Source of the DNA: Candidatus Moraniibacteriota bacterium
GTDB lineage: Bacteria > Patescibacteriota > Minisyncoccia > Moranbacterales > GCA-2747515
Direction of reading: 5' to 3'
DNA: 64,000 nt
Assembly (NCBI GenBank): GCA_027031495.1
Contig: JALVQA010000004.1
Span: forward strand, 120,070 to 184,069
The notes beneath the pieces were generated by a model. That model made no database searches. It saw only the letters and a program-made list of their open reading frames with translations, and had not been told where the DNA came from. Below, in pieces: positions 51,741-61,441 of this stretch. A program made the translations under genes and the position numbers. Position 1 is the first letter of the stretch. Each line of letters begins with the position of its first letter.

Positions 51741-53044
51741 AAAAAAATATTAAAAAACGTGTGGAAAATCTCGTTAGAGAGCTTTCTTTGAAGTACAATC
51801 TTGTGCCGAATGATGAAGTCTTTCAAAGACTTGTTTCAGAAACAGAAAAAACGTTTTATGTCGATCATAGTCTTTTTGATTTTGAGCCGCTTAGCATTAA
51901 AGGCGCACAGAGAGTGCCTTATTTTAAGAGGGGCAATGTGATTGCTCTTCCTGCTCCTGCAACAAATTCTGACTTTACCGTTGTAAGGTACGATGATACT
52001 TTTTACGTAAATGAAAAAATATTAAAGAAATATAAGGAAAGTAATGGAACGATTAATGCTGCAATTATCGCAGAGTTACTTGAGTTGTCTGTTAATCCTA
52101 TAAAAACAAATTATGACAATCATGCAGATAGTTTCGGTATTGATAATCCTTTCGTGGATGGCGTGAGTGATGTACATAAAAAAGACAGAAGAGTTGAGGA
52201 AGAATATGCGCAACAATTTCTTAGTCCGTTTGTGAAAGAGAAAGAAGGATATTTTTCCGGTTTAACACAATATGTGGAAAGTATCGGTCGTTTCTACTTG
52301 CGATTCTATTTCAAAGATGGTGCATCTGTTATTGATCTGTATGACGCTGACATGCATACTGTTCTATCATATACAGGACGATTTTCCGATATCTATGATG
52401 ATGTCGTATTTGATGATGGAAGTGGCTATATTTCATATGATAATGGTGTTATCTTCTTTGATAAAAGTGGTGCAATGGTTCATGTAGAACACTTTGATGA
52501 TCGCGCGTCAAGAAGTGTTGTAAAGAAGAAAGACGGGGGTTATGTGCTCTATGATGATAAAACGCCATATATCTACGTACTTGATCGTAATTTCACTTTG
52601 CAGGAGAAAGTTAATGTTCCCGCGCCTACCAAAATCGTTACACTTGATAACGGCACTTTTCTCTTTTTAAATTCAAGGACCGGTACGTCAAAAATAGTTG
52701 ACAGCATGTATCAAGAAATTGGTGATGCGGAGTGCGCAAGTAAATACGATGCGGTAGATTTTGGCGAGCGGTATATTGCTCTTTATGATGATGGCGACGA
52801 CAAATTGACATTCATAGACAGAAATAATGGGTCCCTTGTATTTACATTCAATTTAAGTGATGATGAGTTGACGAGAAAAGTTTATGCTGTTTTGCCGCGA
52901 AAGGATGGTATTTATGTTGTGATGGATGTGAACAAAGGTAAGCAGTATTTAGGAAAACATGCAGGTGTTATAAAAGAAGATAATTATCGTTCATTTGCCA
53001 ATATTAATCTCTCTATTGAGGGAACGTTCTTTTATACAGACTAA
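51737..53044 (+). CDS. Fragment 2 of split giant protein: beta-propeller-like region
   Basis: Repeated short strands ending in D..G; overlaps fragment 1 in the -1 frame. Confidence 0.65.
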   Translation: MKKNIKKRVENLVRELSLKYNLVPNDEVFQRLVSETEKTFYVDHSLFDFEPLSIKGAQRVPYFKRGNVIALPAPATNSDFTVVRYDDTFYVNEKILKKYKESNGTINAAIIAELLELSVNPIKTNYDNHADSFGIDNPFVDGVSDVHKKDRRVEEEYAQQFLSPFVKEKEGYFSGLTQYVESIGRFYLRFYFKDGASVIDLYDADMHTVLSYTGRFSDIYDDVVFDDGSGYISYDNGVIFFDKSGAMVHVEHFDDRASRSVVKKKDGGYVLYDDKTPYIYVLDRNFTLQEKVNVPAPTKIVTLDNGTFLFLNSRTGTSKIVDSMYQEIGDAECASKYDAVDFGERYIALYDDGDDKLTFIDRNNGSLVFTFNLSDDELTRKVYAVLPRKDGIYVVMDVNKGKQYLGKHAGVIKEDNYRSFANINLSIEGTFFYTD

Positions 53045-54314
53045 AGATGGCAAATATTTTCTTGTGACTGATTACAGAAATAAATTTCAAGTATATTCTA
53101 AAGAATTTGAGCTTATTTTCAGTAAGGAGGCAGATATTGATGATGTGGTAATGAGTAGCGATGGGAATATAGTTGCATTATTGAACGATGAATCTTATGA
53201 AACGTACGTCCCTTATAGCTATTCTGATGAAATGAGAGGGCGTGTGGAGGTTCTTGATATAGAAGGTGCCACAAGAACTTTGAGTGAACGTTTTGCATTT
53301 TTTGAGTATAGTCATTTACAGTCGCATATACAAAAAATACTTGCTGATATTGATAAAGGTGGTGCCGGTGCGACATTTGAATATGCTGATGTCTTTCCTT
53401 TTAGCGAGGACGATATACGGTCCTTGACTAGAGAGGTTGGCGCGATTGAGGCATTTGCAGAGGCAGTGGGGTATGATGCATCGCACTTTTCAAAAAATGT
53501 ATATGACATGTTTCTTGGTGAGAGTGGAAAGAGAGTGAAAGAATTCGTAAAAAGCAGTGGCGAGAAATTTATCGCAGAGATAACTGTTTACGCAAAGAAC
53601 TTTAAGTATGGATTGGACACGATGAATGTTGTCAATACTATTCTTTCACGGGTAGCTTTTGAGAGCGAATCTGAAAAACTTTTTGCGTATGAGATCTATG
53701 ACGCGTATCTTGGCAATGTTTCACGAGATGCTGATGCTGTGACAGTTTTACTTAAAAAGATAGAACAAATAGTGCGTGCGGGATTATTCAGTGATTTGCG
53801 CAGTGCGCTGGATGCGGAATTTGATGGTGAGCGCTCTTTGATGTATTTAGGCAGAGAAAAACCTGCCGGCATGCCGGCAAAAGCGTTTTTGGAGTTTTTG
53901 GAAAGTACCGAGCTCTTAGACGTGAAAGAGTGGCGCGATTTTACACCGAATGATGCTGTAGATATTTTTGATGCCGGTGTCATAGATCCTGTTTTTCTGT
54001 ATTATTTTGGTAAAAAAGGTTTTGTCACTGACGAACAGCTAAATAGCGCGTTTAATAATTTTGTTGCACAGGGTAAAACTTTGCATCAAGCTACAATAGA
54101 GCTTTTGGAAGAGCAGATTGTAAAGGAGGTGAAGGGGCAGAGTGCAGAGAAGGGTGTTTTCGTGCGCGAACTCTTACAGAATATGATTGATGCCTCAAAA
54201 AACAACATCGTCTTATCAATGCGGGCAAGAGGAAAGAATATGGCGATCCGTCAAAAATTGAGATTATGTGCTACCAAGAATACAATGACAAAGATGAGAG
54301 CATGTATTTTGTGA
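52995..54314 (+). CDS. Fragment 3 of split giant protein, ending in a GHKL N-box
   Basis: FVRELLQNMIDAS near the 3' end. Confidence 0.7.
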   Translation: MPILISLLRERSFIQTKDGKYFLVTDYRNKFQVYSKEFELIFSKEADIDDVVMSSDGNIVALLNDESYETYVPYSYSDEMRGRVEVLDIEGATRTLSERFAFFEYSHLQSHIQKILADIDKGGAGATFEYADVFPFSEDDIRSLTREVGAIEAFAEAVGYDASHFSKNVYDMFLGESGKRVKEFVKSSGEKFIAEITVYAKNFKYGLDTMNVVNTILSRVAFESESEKLFAYEIYDAYLGNVSRDADAVTVLLKKIEQIVRAGLFSDLRSALDAEFDGERSLMYLGREKPAGMPAKAFLEFLESTELLDVKEWRDFTPNDAVDIFDAGVIDPVFLYYFGKKGFVTDEQLNSAFNNFVAQGKTLHQATIELLEEQIVKEVKGQSAEKGVFVRELLQNMIDASKNNIVLSMRARGKNMAIRQKLRLCATKNTMTKMRACIL

Positions 54315-55846
54315 GAAAATTTAAGGACAATGGTTCCGGCATTCCGAGTCTTGTAAATCTTTTGGTTGCGCAGATAAACGAAAAAGATGGCGTTGTGGAC
54401 ACCGGCTTTTTTGGGAGCGGTTTTCTTTCCGTCTTTGAGGAATCTGATATTGTAAATATAAAAACGTCTGATGGAAGCGGCGTGACAAAATATCTTGAAA
54501 TGAGTGTTCGGCGAGATAAAAGTGGTGACTTTCTCGGTTTTGATATACAGGGCTACAGGCAGACAGAGGAACTTTTTTCCGGCACTGAAATTGAGAGCAA
54601 AACAAAAGTGGGGCGCAATAAAATTGCAGAGTTTGAATATGCTATTACAAAATCAGCTATCTTGAAAAATGTTGCCAATTTGCAGTCGTTTCTTGATGAC
54701 GGCACGGAAATAAAAATCTACTTTAATAGTGAAAAACTAGAAAAGGGGACGCAGACACGGCGGGTGGAAACTTTCTCTGTAGATAGTGATACATTCACTC
54801 TAAAAATTGAAGAGGGGGCATTTTCACAAGTATCATCAGGTGAAGGGTTACGTATGAGTGATCTAGATGAAAAATATCTTGCTCTCGTACCGCGTCAAAT
54901 ACGCTCTTTAGTGCATGAAAAAAATCTTTCTCTCATTATTGATGGCAAAATTCCTCTTATAAAAGATAGAAGCATGATTGCAGACGAGCCAAAGTATCTG
55001 CCCGCTATTCAAAAAGCTGTTGCGCAGGGCGTTATAAAAATCGCGATCAAAGAGTTGTTGGAAAACCGGCGTAAATTTGAGGGATGGCCGGATGACTATC
55101 TTGTAAACTACAATTATCACATGTCCTATAATTCCGCAGAGGGTAAGAGAATTATTGAAATTGCACGTAAAATCAATGCCGGTATGGAGTTAGGTGATGA
55201 TGATCTTAAATTTATCTCTGTTGATGGTGTTGATAAGGATTCTATTTTTGCGCGCTTGGCAGTGCTTATCAATGTAGAAATAGAGCGCGAAGATGGTAAG
55301 CGCGAGACAACGTCACTTGCAGCTAAGAGGCTTCTTGGGTTTCGTAATGTTGCACGTGATGACAACATGGAACATATTAGAAAGGTAATACAGAGAGAAA
55401 AAGATATTTTGCATGCTGCAGAAACGTACATGCCAGACAAGGATATTGTACCAAGTTCAATAGATGTCTCAAGGAGAAAAATCAAAGAAACGATCAAGAT
55501 GTTTGATGAAGCTGGTACATCGGTTAATATTGATAGTTTAAACGATCGCGAACGACAGGTCTTTGATGCCATCGAGGGTCTCGTGCAGAAAGTATATCCT
55601 TCAGTTATTTTGATGGTCAAAGAGATGAAGCGTAAAGCCGGGTACTCTTCCGGTGACACCATCGTTTTTGCGCGGAACACTCTCAGCAATGAACGTTATG
55701 CGACTGAGGTCTTAAATCATGAACTGGCTCACTATTTGGAGGGAACCGGTGGGCACGACAAAAATTTTACGCATCAGGTTGATGGCAGTTTTGGCGATGC
55801 ATACAGAGAAGCTAATCGTGCATTATTGAGCGTTTTTGCGACGTAG
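54266..55846 (+). CDS. Fragment 4 of split giant protein: rest of GHKL ATPase plus HExxH metalloprotease-like tail
   Basis: DNGSG, GFFGSGF, GTEI; C-terminal HELAH....H...F. Confidence 0.75.
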   Translation: MCYQEYNDKDESMYFVRKFKDNGSGIPSLVNLLVAQINEKDGVVDTGFFGSGFLSVFEESDIVNIKTSDGSGVTKYLEMSVRRDKSGDFLGFDIQGYRQTEELFSGTEIESKTKVGRNKIAEFEYAITKSAILKNVANLQSFLDDGTEIKIYFNSEKLEKGTQTRRVETFSVDSDTFTLKIEEGAFSQVSSGEGLRMSDLDEKYLALVPRQIRSLVHEKNLSLIIDGKIPLIKDRSMIADEPKYLPAIQKAVAQGVIKIAIKELLENRRKFEGWPDDYLVNYNYHMSYNSAEGKRIIEIARKINAGMELGDDDLKFISVDGVDKDSIFARLAVLINVEIEREDGKRETTSLAAKRLLGFRNVARDDNMEHIRKVIQREKDILHAAETYMPDKDIVPSSIDVSRRKIKETIKMFDEAGTSVNIDSLNDRERQVFDAIEGLVQKVYPSVILMVKEMKRKAGYSSGDTIVFARNTLSNERYATEVLNHELAHYLEGTGGHDKNFTHQVDGSFGDAYREANRALLSVFAT

Positions 55847-55917
55847 GGAAAATAGATATCACCTTGTTTTGATAGCCAACATATTGTCTTTAGGGTATTT
55901 TGCCGCTACACTGGAGT

Positions 55918-56946
55918 ATGATGTATATTATTGCATTTCTCATAGCATGTTTATTCTCCATTAGTATAAGTGGTGTTATTATTTTTGTGACGCATCGTGT
56001 ACGTCGCGCACATTGTGGCACATTATGTGCTACATCATGCGTTTCACGTCTTGGTGGTGTTGCGATGATCTGTGCATTTTTTGCTGCACTTATTCTGCAT
56101 CCAGATCTGGTGATTGATCGCGCGTGGATTGTGCTTTTTATAGCACTTGGCGCGGTTGCATTCTTAGGTATATGGGATGATGTATCACCGCTTTCATGGC
56201 GACCACAACTTTTTGCGCAAGTGGCAATTGGACTCTTTCTCTTTGCGCTTTCTATTCGCATTACGTATGTCTCGCACCCTTTTGGTGGTGTAGTACACTT
56301 TGTACATGGTGATGGTTTTCCGTGGATGAGTCTTATCATAACACTTGTATGGTTTGTGGCAATTATGAATACAATGAATTGGCTTGATGGCGTAGACGGT
56401 CTTGGTGGTGGCGTTGCGCTTATTGCAGCCGGTACGATTTTTGTAACGGCGCTCTTGCCGCACGTTAATCAGCCACCGATCGCCATTGTTGCCGCTGCGA
56501 TGGCTGGAGCGACAGTCGGCTTTTTGTTCTGGAATTGGTTTCCTGCATGCATTATTGCCGGAACAAGTGGTTCATTTTTTTGGGGATTACTCATTGCCGT
56601 GTTGGCGATCTTTGCCGGTGCAAAAATTGCTACAACGCTTCTTGTCATGATTATTCCGCTTGTTGATGCTGTGTGGGTGATTGGTGAGCGTTTTTTTGCC
56701 GGTGAGAGCATCTTTGCATCCGATAAACGACATATTCACTACAAATTGGCGGCACGTGGATGGGCGCCATGGCAGATTGCCTCTCTTTTCATTGTTGTAA
56801 CGGCAGTTGTCGCTTTTAACGCTATACACTTTTATGCACTGGGCAAAATGATTACAATTGGCATAGTTATTGTTCTTATGCTGTTCTTTCTTGCAATACT
56901 TTCTATAGATAAAGATAAAAAAATAAAAGAAAAAAATGCATCGTAA
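55918..56946 (+). CDS. MraY/WecA/TagO-family polyprenyl-phosphate sugar-1-phosphate transferase
   Basis: LGG, GIWDD, N.MNWLDGVDGL, DKRHIHY. Confidence 0.9.
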   Translation: MMYIIAFLIACLFSISISGVIIFVTHRVRRAHCGTLCATSCVSRLGGVAMICAFFAALILHPDLVIDRAWIVLFIALGAVAFLGIWDDVSPLSWRPQLFAQVAIGLFLFALSIRITYVSHPFGGVVHFVHGDGFPWMSLIITLVWFVAIMNTMNWLDGVDGLGGGVALIAAGTIFVTALLPHVNQPPIAIVAAAMAGATVGFLFWNWFPACIIAGTSGSFFWGLLIAVLAIFAGAKIATTLLVMIIPLVDAVWVIGERFFAGESIFASDKRHIHYKLAARGWAPWQIASLFIVVTAVVAFNAIHFYALGKMITIGIVIVLMLFFLAILSIDKDKKIKEKNAS

Positions 56947-57418
56947 ATTATCGCAAAAGCGAATACTGCTGTTATGCATCGTTGTCATATGTTGTGTTTT
57001 GTGTGTCCTGCTTTATGTGACATACACTTATAAGGCGCCTGCAGACACGCATCTGTTTGACATTGCGCATCTTACTATTGGAAGTGATAAGAATGTTTTT
57101 GCCGTTGAGGTTGCGGACACGCCACAGTTGCGTCGCCACGGCCTTATGCATCGTACAACACTCTGTAAAAACTGTGGCATGCTCTTTGTTTTTCCCCGTA
57201 GCGATATACATCCTTTTTGGATGAAAGATACGGCATTGCCACTTGATATTGTGTGGGTAAATAACGGTGTTATTGTTGAGATTGTTGAAAATGCGACACC
57301 ATTTAGTGAAAGTATTATCATGCCACATCATCATGCAAATAGCGTTATTGAACTGCCGGCCGGTAGTGTTGCACGCACCGGTATTCATGTTGGTGATAGT
57401 GTTCATATAAAGAAATAA
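56936..57418 (+). CDS. DUF192 family protein
   Basis: EVADT...GLM.R, GMLFVF, FWMK.T..PLDI, VIELPAG. Confidence 0.92.
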   Translation: MHRKLSQKRILLLCIVVICCVLCVLLYVTYTYKAPADTHLFDIAHLTIGSDKNVFAVEVADTPQLRRHGLMHRTTLCKNCGMLFVFPRSDIHPFWMKDTALPLDIVWVNNGVIVEIVENATPFSESIIMPHHHANSVIELPAGSVARTGIHVGDSVHIKK

Positions 57419-57436
57419 AGAAGTTTTGCGCCAAAT

Positions 57437-57466
57437 AGAAAACACCGCACGATGGCGGTGTTTTCT
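57437..57466. terminator. Bidirectional terminator
   Basis: AGAAAACACCGC/GCGGTGTTTTCT between convergent genes. Confidence 0.7.
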
Positions 57467-57550
57467 TGCGTAAAGAACCGAAAGTTTTGTTTCCTATTCT
57501 ATAATATGTTCGTCACAATTCGTATTACGGAGATGCTGTTTGATCGGCGC

Positions 57551-58279
57551 TTATCGTACAAATTTTTGCAAGTTTTTCAATTGTGCATCAGTTAATTTCT
57601 GTGAGCGTTCGATTGCTTGCTTGATCAAATCTTTAGAGAAACGGATTTGTTGACCAACTGCAAGTGTTGACGGACCACCAACTGCTTTTTGAAGATAATC
57701 TTCAATGTAGACTTTGTGTGCATCGGTAAGTCCTTGTACAGGATTTTTTGCGAGATATCCCGCAAGAGCGCGACGTGCAAGGTGTGTTTTACCATCACCT
57801 TTGTGCGCAACCATTACAAATGCATCAGAAACTTCCTTATCATTCTCTGCCATGCGCGCCGTCTTTAGAGACGTGCGTGTAGTAGATGCGGTCGTTTTAT
57901 TGTCTGCATCATCTTTTGTTGCAACAGATCCTGCGGCATCCTTTGTTTGTGCACTATCTTGTGCCTTGCTTTCTTGCGCTTTTTGAGCACTACTCTTGTC
58001 ATTCTTGGTGCCTTTGAGCGCTTCATTAATTTGCGCGATTACGCCTTTATCATCACTGTTGTTGTCAGTACTCTCAGCAGTGTCTTCAGCAACAGTAGCA
58101 TCGTTAGTTGTTGCGATCTGTGTCTCTTGTGATCGCTTTGAGTAGGAATAGATACCAAGTGCGAGTAAGAGAACGATCACTACACTGATAACGATGCGAA
58201 GGTTGTCTTGCAACCACTCACCGAAAGTGCGTTCGTCATCCTCTTCGATCTCCTCGATATCATCTCTGTATTCGGTCAT
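57551..58279 (-). CDS. Hypothetical single-pass membrane protein
   Basis: Acidic N-terminus, TM, linker, C-terminal GDG.THLARRAL...YIEDYL domain. Confidence 0.75.
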   Translation of the reverse strand: MTEYRDDIEEIEEDDERTFGEWLQDNLRIVISVVIVLLLALGIYSYSKRSQETQIATTNDATVAEDTAESTDNNSDDKGVIAQINEALKGTKNDKSSAQKAQESKAQDSAQTKDAAGSVATKDDADNKTTASTTRTSLKTARMAENDKEVSDAFVMVAHKGDGKTHLARRALAGYLAKNPVQGLTDAHKVYIEDYLQKAVGGPSTLAVGQQIRFSKDLIKQAIERSQKLTDAQLKNLQKFVR

Positions 58280-58560
58280 AGTGTCACATCTCACAACATA
58301 CATAAGGCGTACACCCTACACATGCAGTGAGGTTTTTAATTTTAGATATGTGAACGAACAGGCCTATTCGGTAGACAGTCATTACAGACTGCCATAGTGT
58401 ATTTTAACGTTTCATGGTATACTCGTCAAATAGCGATATTTTCATATGTTTTTGCAGTGTATGTGTTATGATACATTCATAACACATACTTATAGTGGAT
58501 TACATATGTAATTGTGCATGTTTTACGTATTTTTTGGTTTAATAAATTAGATGTAGTGCT

Positions 58561-59256
58561 ATGACAAAGAAAACCTCACGATACAAACAAAAGTATGCAC
58601 GCGGGGCACATGCAATTGTTGCGGTTGATGTTGTTGTTTTTAGTGTGATTAACGAAGAATTACACGTGCTTTTGACGCAAACGAATAAGCCGGAACTAAA
58701 GGGGTTGTGGGCGGTACCGGGTGCACTGGTCGCACCGGATGAATCGCTGGAAGAGGCAGTGGAGCGTGTGCTTACAACAAAAACCGGTCTTAAGAATGTG
58801 CTGACAGAACAATTAGCGACATTTGGTGATCCTGATCGTGATCCGTTTGGGCGCGTTGTGAGTGTGGCGTATTTAGCGTTGGTGCATGCAGATAAACATG
58901 TTCTTTCCACAACACATGAATATGATGCAATTGCGTGGGTACCGGTAGATCGCCTTCCGCGCATGGCGTACGATCACAAGAAGATTGTGCGAGCAGCTGC
59001 CCAACGTTTGCGTGCGAAATTGACATATAGCACGATTGCGCGCGGCATTCTGCCAAAGGAGTTCACGTTGACGCAAATGCAAACAGTGTATGAACATATT
59101 CTCGGACATCCTTTGGACAAGCGTAATTTTCGTAAAAAAATTCTTGCATTAGGCATTATTGAGCCAACAGGGAAGTACTATAGACAGCAGCGTGCACGTC
59201 CAGCTGCTCTGTATCGTTTTCGTTCAACAAAGACGGAAATCGTGGATATTTTATGA
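58561..59256 (+). CDS. nrtR: NrtR-family regulator (Nudix plus winged HTH)
   Basis: VDVVVF, W.VPG, EQL.TFG.P.RDP.GRV.SVAY, AYDH, FTL.....YE.ILG..LDKRNFRKK, RPA.LY. Confidence 0.92.
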   Translation: MTKKTSRYKQKYARGAHAIVAVDVVVFSVINEELHVLLTQTNKPELKGLWAVPGALVAPDESLEEAVERVLTTKTGLKNVLTEQLATFGDPDRDPFGRVVSVAYLALVHADKHVLSTTHEYDAIAWVPVDRLPRMAYDHKKIVRAAAQRLRAKLTYSTIARGILPKEFTLTQMQTVYEHILGHPLDKRNFRKKILALGIIEPTGKYYRQQRARPAALYRFRSTKTEIVDIL

Positions 59257-59364
59257 TATTGTTTTGCTTTTACAGATGCTTCTAAATGTCACTAACAGTG
59301 GCGTTTTTTATACGTGAAAAAATATTTTTAGCGCATATCCTCTGCTCTTTTTTCGTGAAGGAGG

Positions 59365-59403
59365 TTGACAAAATTTATATAGTGTATATACTACACTATA
59401 TAA
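59365..59403 (+). promoter_or_regulatory. Promoter overlapped by NrtR-type operator 1
   Basis: TTGACA-16-TATACT; perfect inverted repeat TTATATAGTGTA-N5-TACACTATATAA (59375-59403) with GT-N7-AC core. Confidence 0.8.
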
Positions 59404-59444
59404 CACACAATATGTTAGAGAATATCATTATTTTTTCTCCTAAC

Positions 59445-59465
59445 TAAGTGTGTTATATACACTAA
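59445..59465. promoter_or_regulatory. NrtR-type operator 2
   Basis: TAAGTGT-GTTATAT-ACACTAA, same GT-N7-AC core as operator 1. Confidence 0.7.
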
Positions 59466-59623
59466 GTTATTCTTTCACACGGGGTTACTCATCTAGGAGT
59501 AATTGTGACAATCGCTCGTATTGTCCGCAGGAAACTGTGCTGTGTAAGAGGAATATACAGTGTAGTGTGCATATAAGAAATGCGCACATAGTTCGTTAAC
59601 AGTAAACTTTGGAGGTAAAAACG

Positions 59624-60445
59624 ATGGCACAACGTGTTCATTTGGTTGTTATCGATCCACAGAACGACTTCATGGATCAGCCCGACGCGGCATTGCCTGT
59701 TGCTGGCGCGACTGCTGACATGCAGCGCCTTGCGGCGATGCTCTCGCGCATTGGGCACAAGTTGGATGATGTGCATGTTACGCTGGATTCGCACCATGCG
59801 ATTGACGTAGCGCATCCCGGCTTCTGGCGTGATGCTAATGGCCAACATCCGGATCCGTTTACCATCATCACGCCTGATGATGTGGAGAATGGTGTCTGGG
59901 TACCGCGAGACGCGGCTTTGCGGGATCGCATGCTTTGTTATGCCGAAGCGCTTGCCGCTGATGGCAAGTACCCACTCATGATCTGGCGGGAACACTGCCT
60001 GATTGGGACACCGGGGCATAACGTCCAGGCGGACCTCATGGCGACGCTGCTGGATTGGGGACGCAAGAATTTTGCCAATGTGGACTTCGTGACCAAGGGG
60101 GCAAACCCGTTCACGGAGCACTACGGCGCATTGATGGCGGAGGTGCCGGACCCCAACGATCCGTCTACCGGCCTGAACGCGGCGTTCCTGCAAATGCTCG
60201 CCGAAGCGGACATTGTGGCAGTCGCCGGTGAGGCTCTCTCGCACTGTGTTAAGGCGACCGTTGATCAGATTGCCGAGCATATCGGCGCGGAGCATATCAA
60301 GAAGTTCCATATTCTGACCGACTGTGCGTCGCCGGTGGCACAGGTGGGCGATGGGCCGGATTTTCCGGCAATTGCTGAGGCGTGGCTTTCCGACATGGAA
60401 GCGGCCGGGATGGTACTGACTACGTCGGAAGCGTTTCTGGCATAG
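59624..60445 (+). CDS. Nicotinamidase-like cysteine hydrolase (isochorismatase family)
   Basis: VIDPQNDF, D.H, W.EHC, TKG, GEALSHCV; GGAGGT SD. Confidence 0.88.
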   Translation: MAQRVHLVVIDPQNDFMDQPDAALPVAGATADMQRLAAMLSRIGHKLDDVHVTLDSHHAIDVAHPGFWRDANGQHPDPFTIITPDDVENGVWVPRDAALRDRMLCYAEALAADGKYPLMIWREHCLIGTPGHNVQADLMATLLDWGRKNFANVDFVTKGANPFTEHYGALMAEVPDPNDPSTGLNAAFLQMLAEADIVAVAGEALSHCVKATVDQIAEHIGAEHIKKFHILTDCASPVAQVGDGPDFPAIAEAWLSDMEAAGMVLTTSEAFLA

Positions 60446-60512
60446 ACGCTGTTGTTCTTAACTGGCGCCACGCATATGGTGTGGCGCCCAACCAAACCTA
60501 TGGAGGTGTATC

Positions 60513-61268
60513 ATGCCAAAGTTACTCAAAGATGACACTGTGCTGGAGCAGCGCAGTTTAGATGGTGGCGCGTTTACATTTCGCGCAGCACGGATTGACA
60601 AGCTCGGAGCAACCGAGTACACGCTGGTGACCATTGCTGTTGATGTTACCGGCAGTACATACGCGTTCTCCGACCAACTGCGTGATGCGCTGGTGAATGC
60701 CGTGGCAGCATGTCAGCGCTCGCCGTTTGTGGATCGCTTGCTGCTGCGTGTGGTAACGTTCTCTACGGCAGCAGGTGGTGTGCAGGAACTCCACGGCTTT
60801 GCCCCACTTGCGGATGTGGACGTTGCCGGATATCCGGTGTTTGAGCCGGATGGTCTGACGCCACTGTACGACGCGGTCTATGCATCGGTTGGCGCCATGG
60901 AACAGTATGCGGAGGATCTCTACAATGAGGATTACCTGAGCAATGGTATCGTCATTGTCATTACCGACGGTCTTGATAACGTCTCGCAGGTGACGCCGGC
61001 GATGATCAAGGAGAAGATTGGTAATATCCGACGCAAGGAGCGCATGGAGTCGCTCGTGACAATCCTGGTGGGCATCAACGCTGAAGAGTACCGTGGTGAA
61101 CTGGAGGCATTTCGGCGCAACGTGGGAATTGATTACTACGTTGATGCCGGTGCGGCCAGTGATGCGACGCTCGCGCGGCTGGCGCAATTCGTCAGTCAAA
61201 GTGTTGTGGCACAATCGCAGGCGCTTGGCAGCGGTGGACCGAGTCAGGCAATTTCCGCCACAATCTAA
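60513..61268 (+). CDS. vWA domain protein (TerY-like)
   Basis: MIDAS DVTGS, G.TPLYDA, ITDG; GGAGGT SD. Confidence 0.88.
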   Translation: MPKLLKDDTVLEQRSLDGGAFTFRAARIDKLGATEYTLVTIAVDVTGSTYAFSDQLRDALVNAVAACQRSPFVDRLLLRVVTFSTAAGGVQELHGFAPLADVDVAGYPVFEPDGLTPLYDAVYASVGAMEQYAEDLYNEDYLSNGIVIVITDGLDNVSQVTPAMIKEKIGNIRRKERMESLVTILVGINAEEYRGELEAFRRNVGIDYYVDAGAASDATLARLAQFVSQSVVAQSQALGSGGPSQAISATI

Positions 61269-61282
61269 AGTGGCATAACCAC

Positions 61283-61320
61283 GGGGTGGCAATCAATATA
61301 TTGTCACCCCTTTATTTTTT
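61283..61320 (+). terminator. Intrinsic terminator after the vWA gene
   Basis: GGGGTGGCAAT/ATTGTCACCCC then TTTATTTTTT. Confidence 0.75.
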
Positions 61321-61353
61321 GTTGAGGACGGCGAAATGTGTTACATAAAAAAC

Positions 61354-61382
61354 TTGCATTATGTCATAAATTATGACATAAT
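61354..61382 (+). promoter_or_regulatory. Promoter with overlapping 25-bp palindromic operator
   Basis: TTGCAT-17-CATAAT; ATTATGTCATAA-A-TTATGACATAAT (61358-61382). Confidence 0.6.
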
Positions 61383-61441
61383 TGCGTCGCGATAAATTTT
61401 TTATGGCATTGTTTTTTCACAACAAAAAGAGGAGGTCAATT

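Noticed and set aside
41661-57466. Shared AAAACACCGC/GCGGTGTTTT stems at 41661 and 57437 as a mobile repeat family
   Set aside because: Only two copies with different loops, both explained as terminators between convergent genes
59489-61292. Long minus-strand ORFs 59489..60310 and 60558..61292
   Set aside because: Antisense shadows of motif-bearing, SD-led genes; no recognisable features
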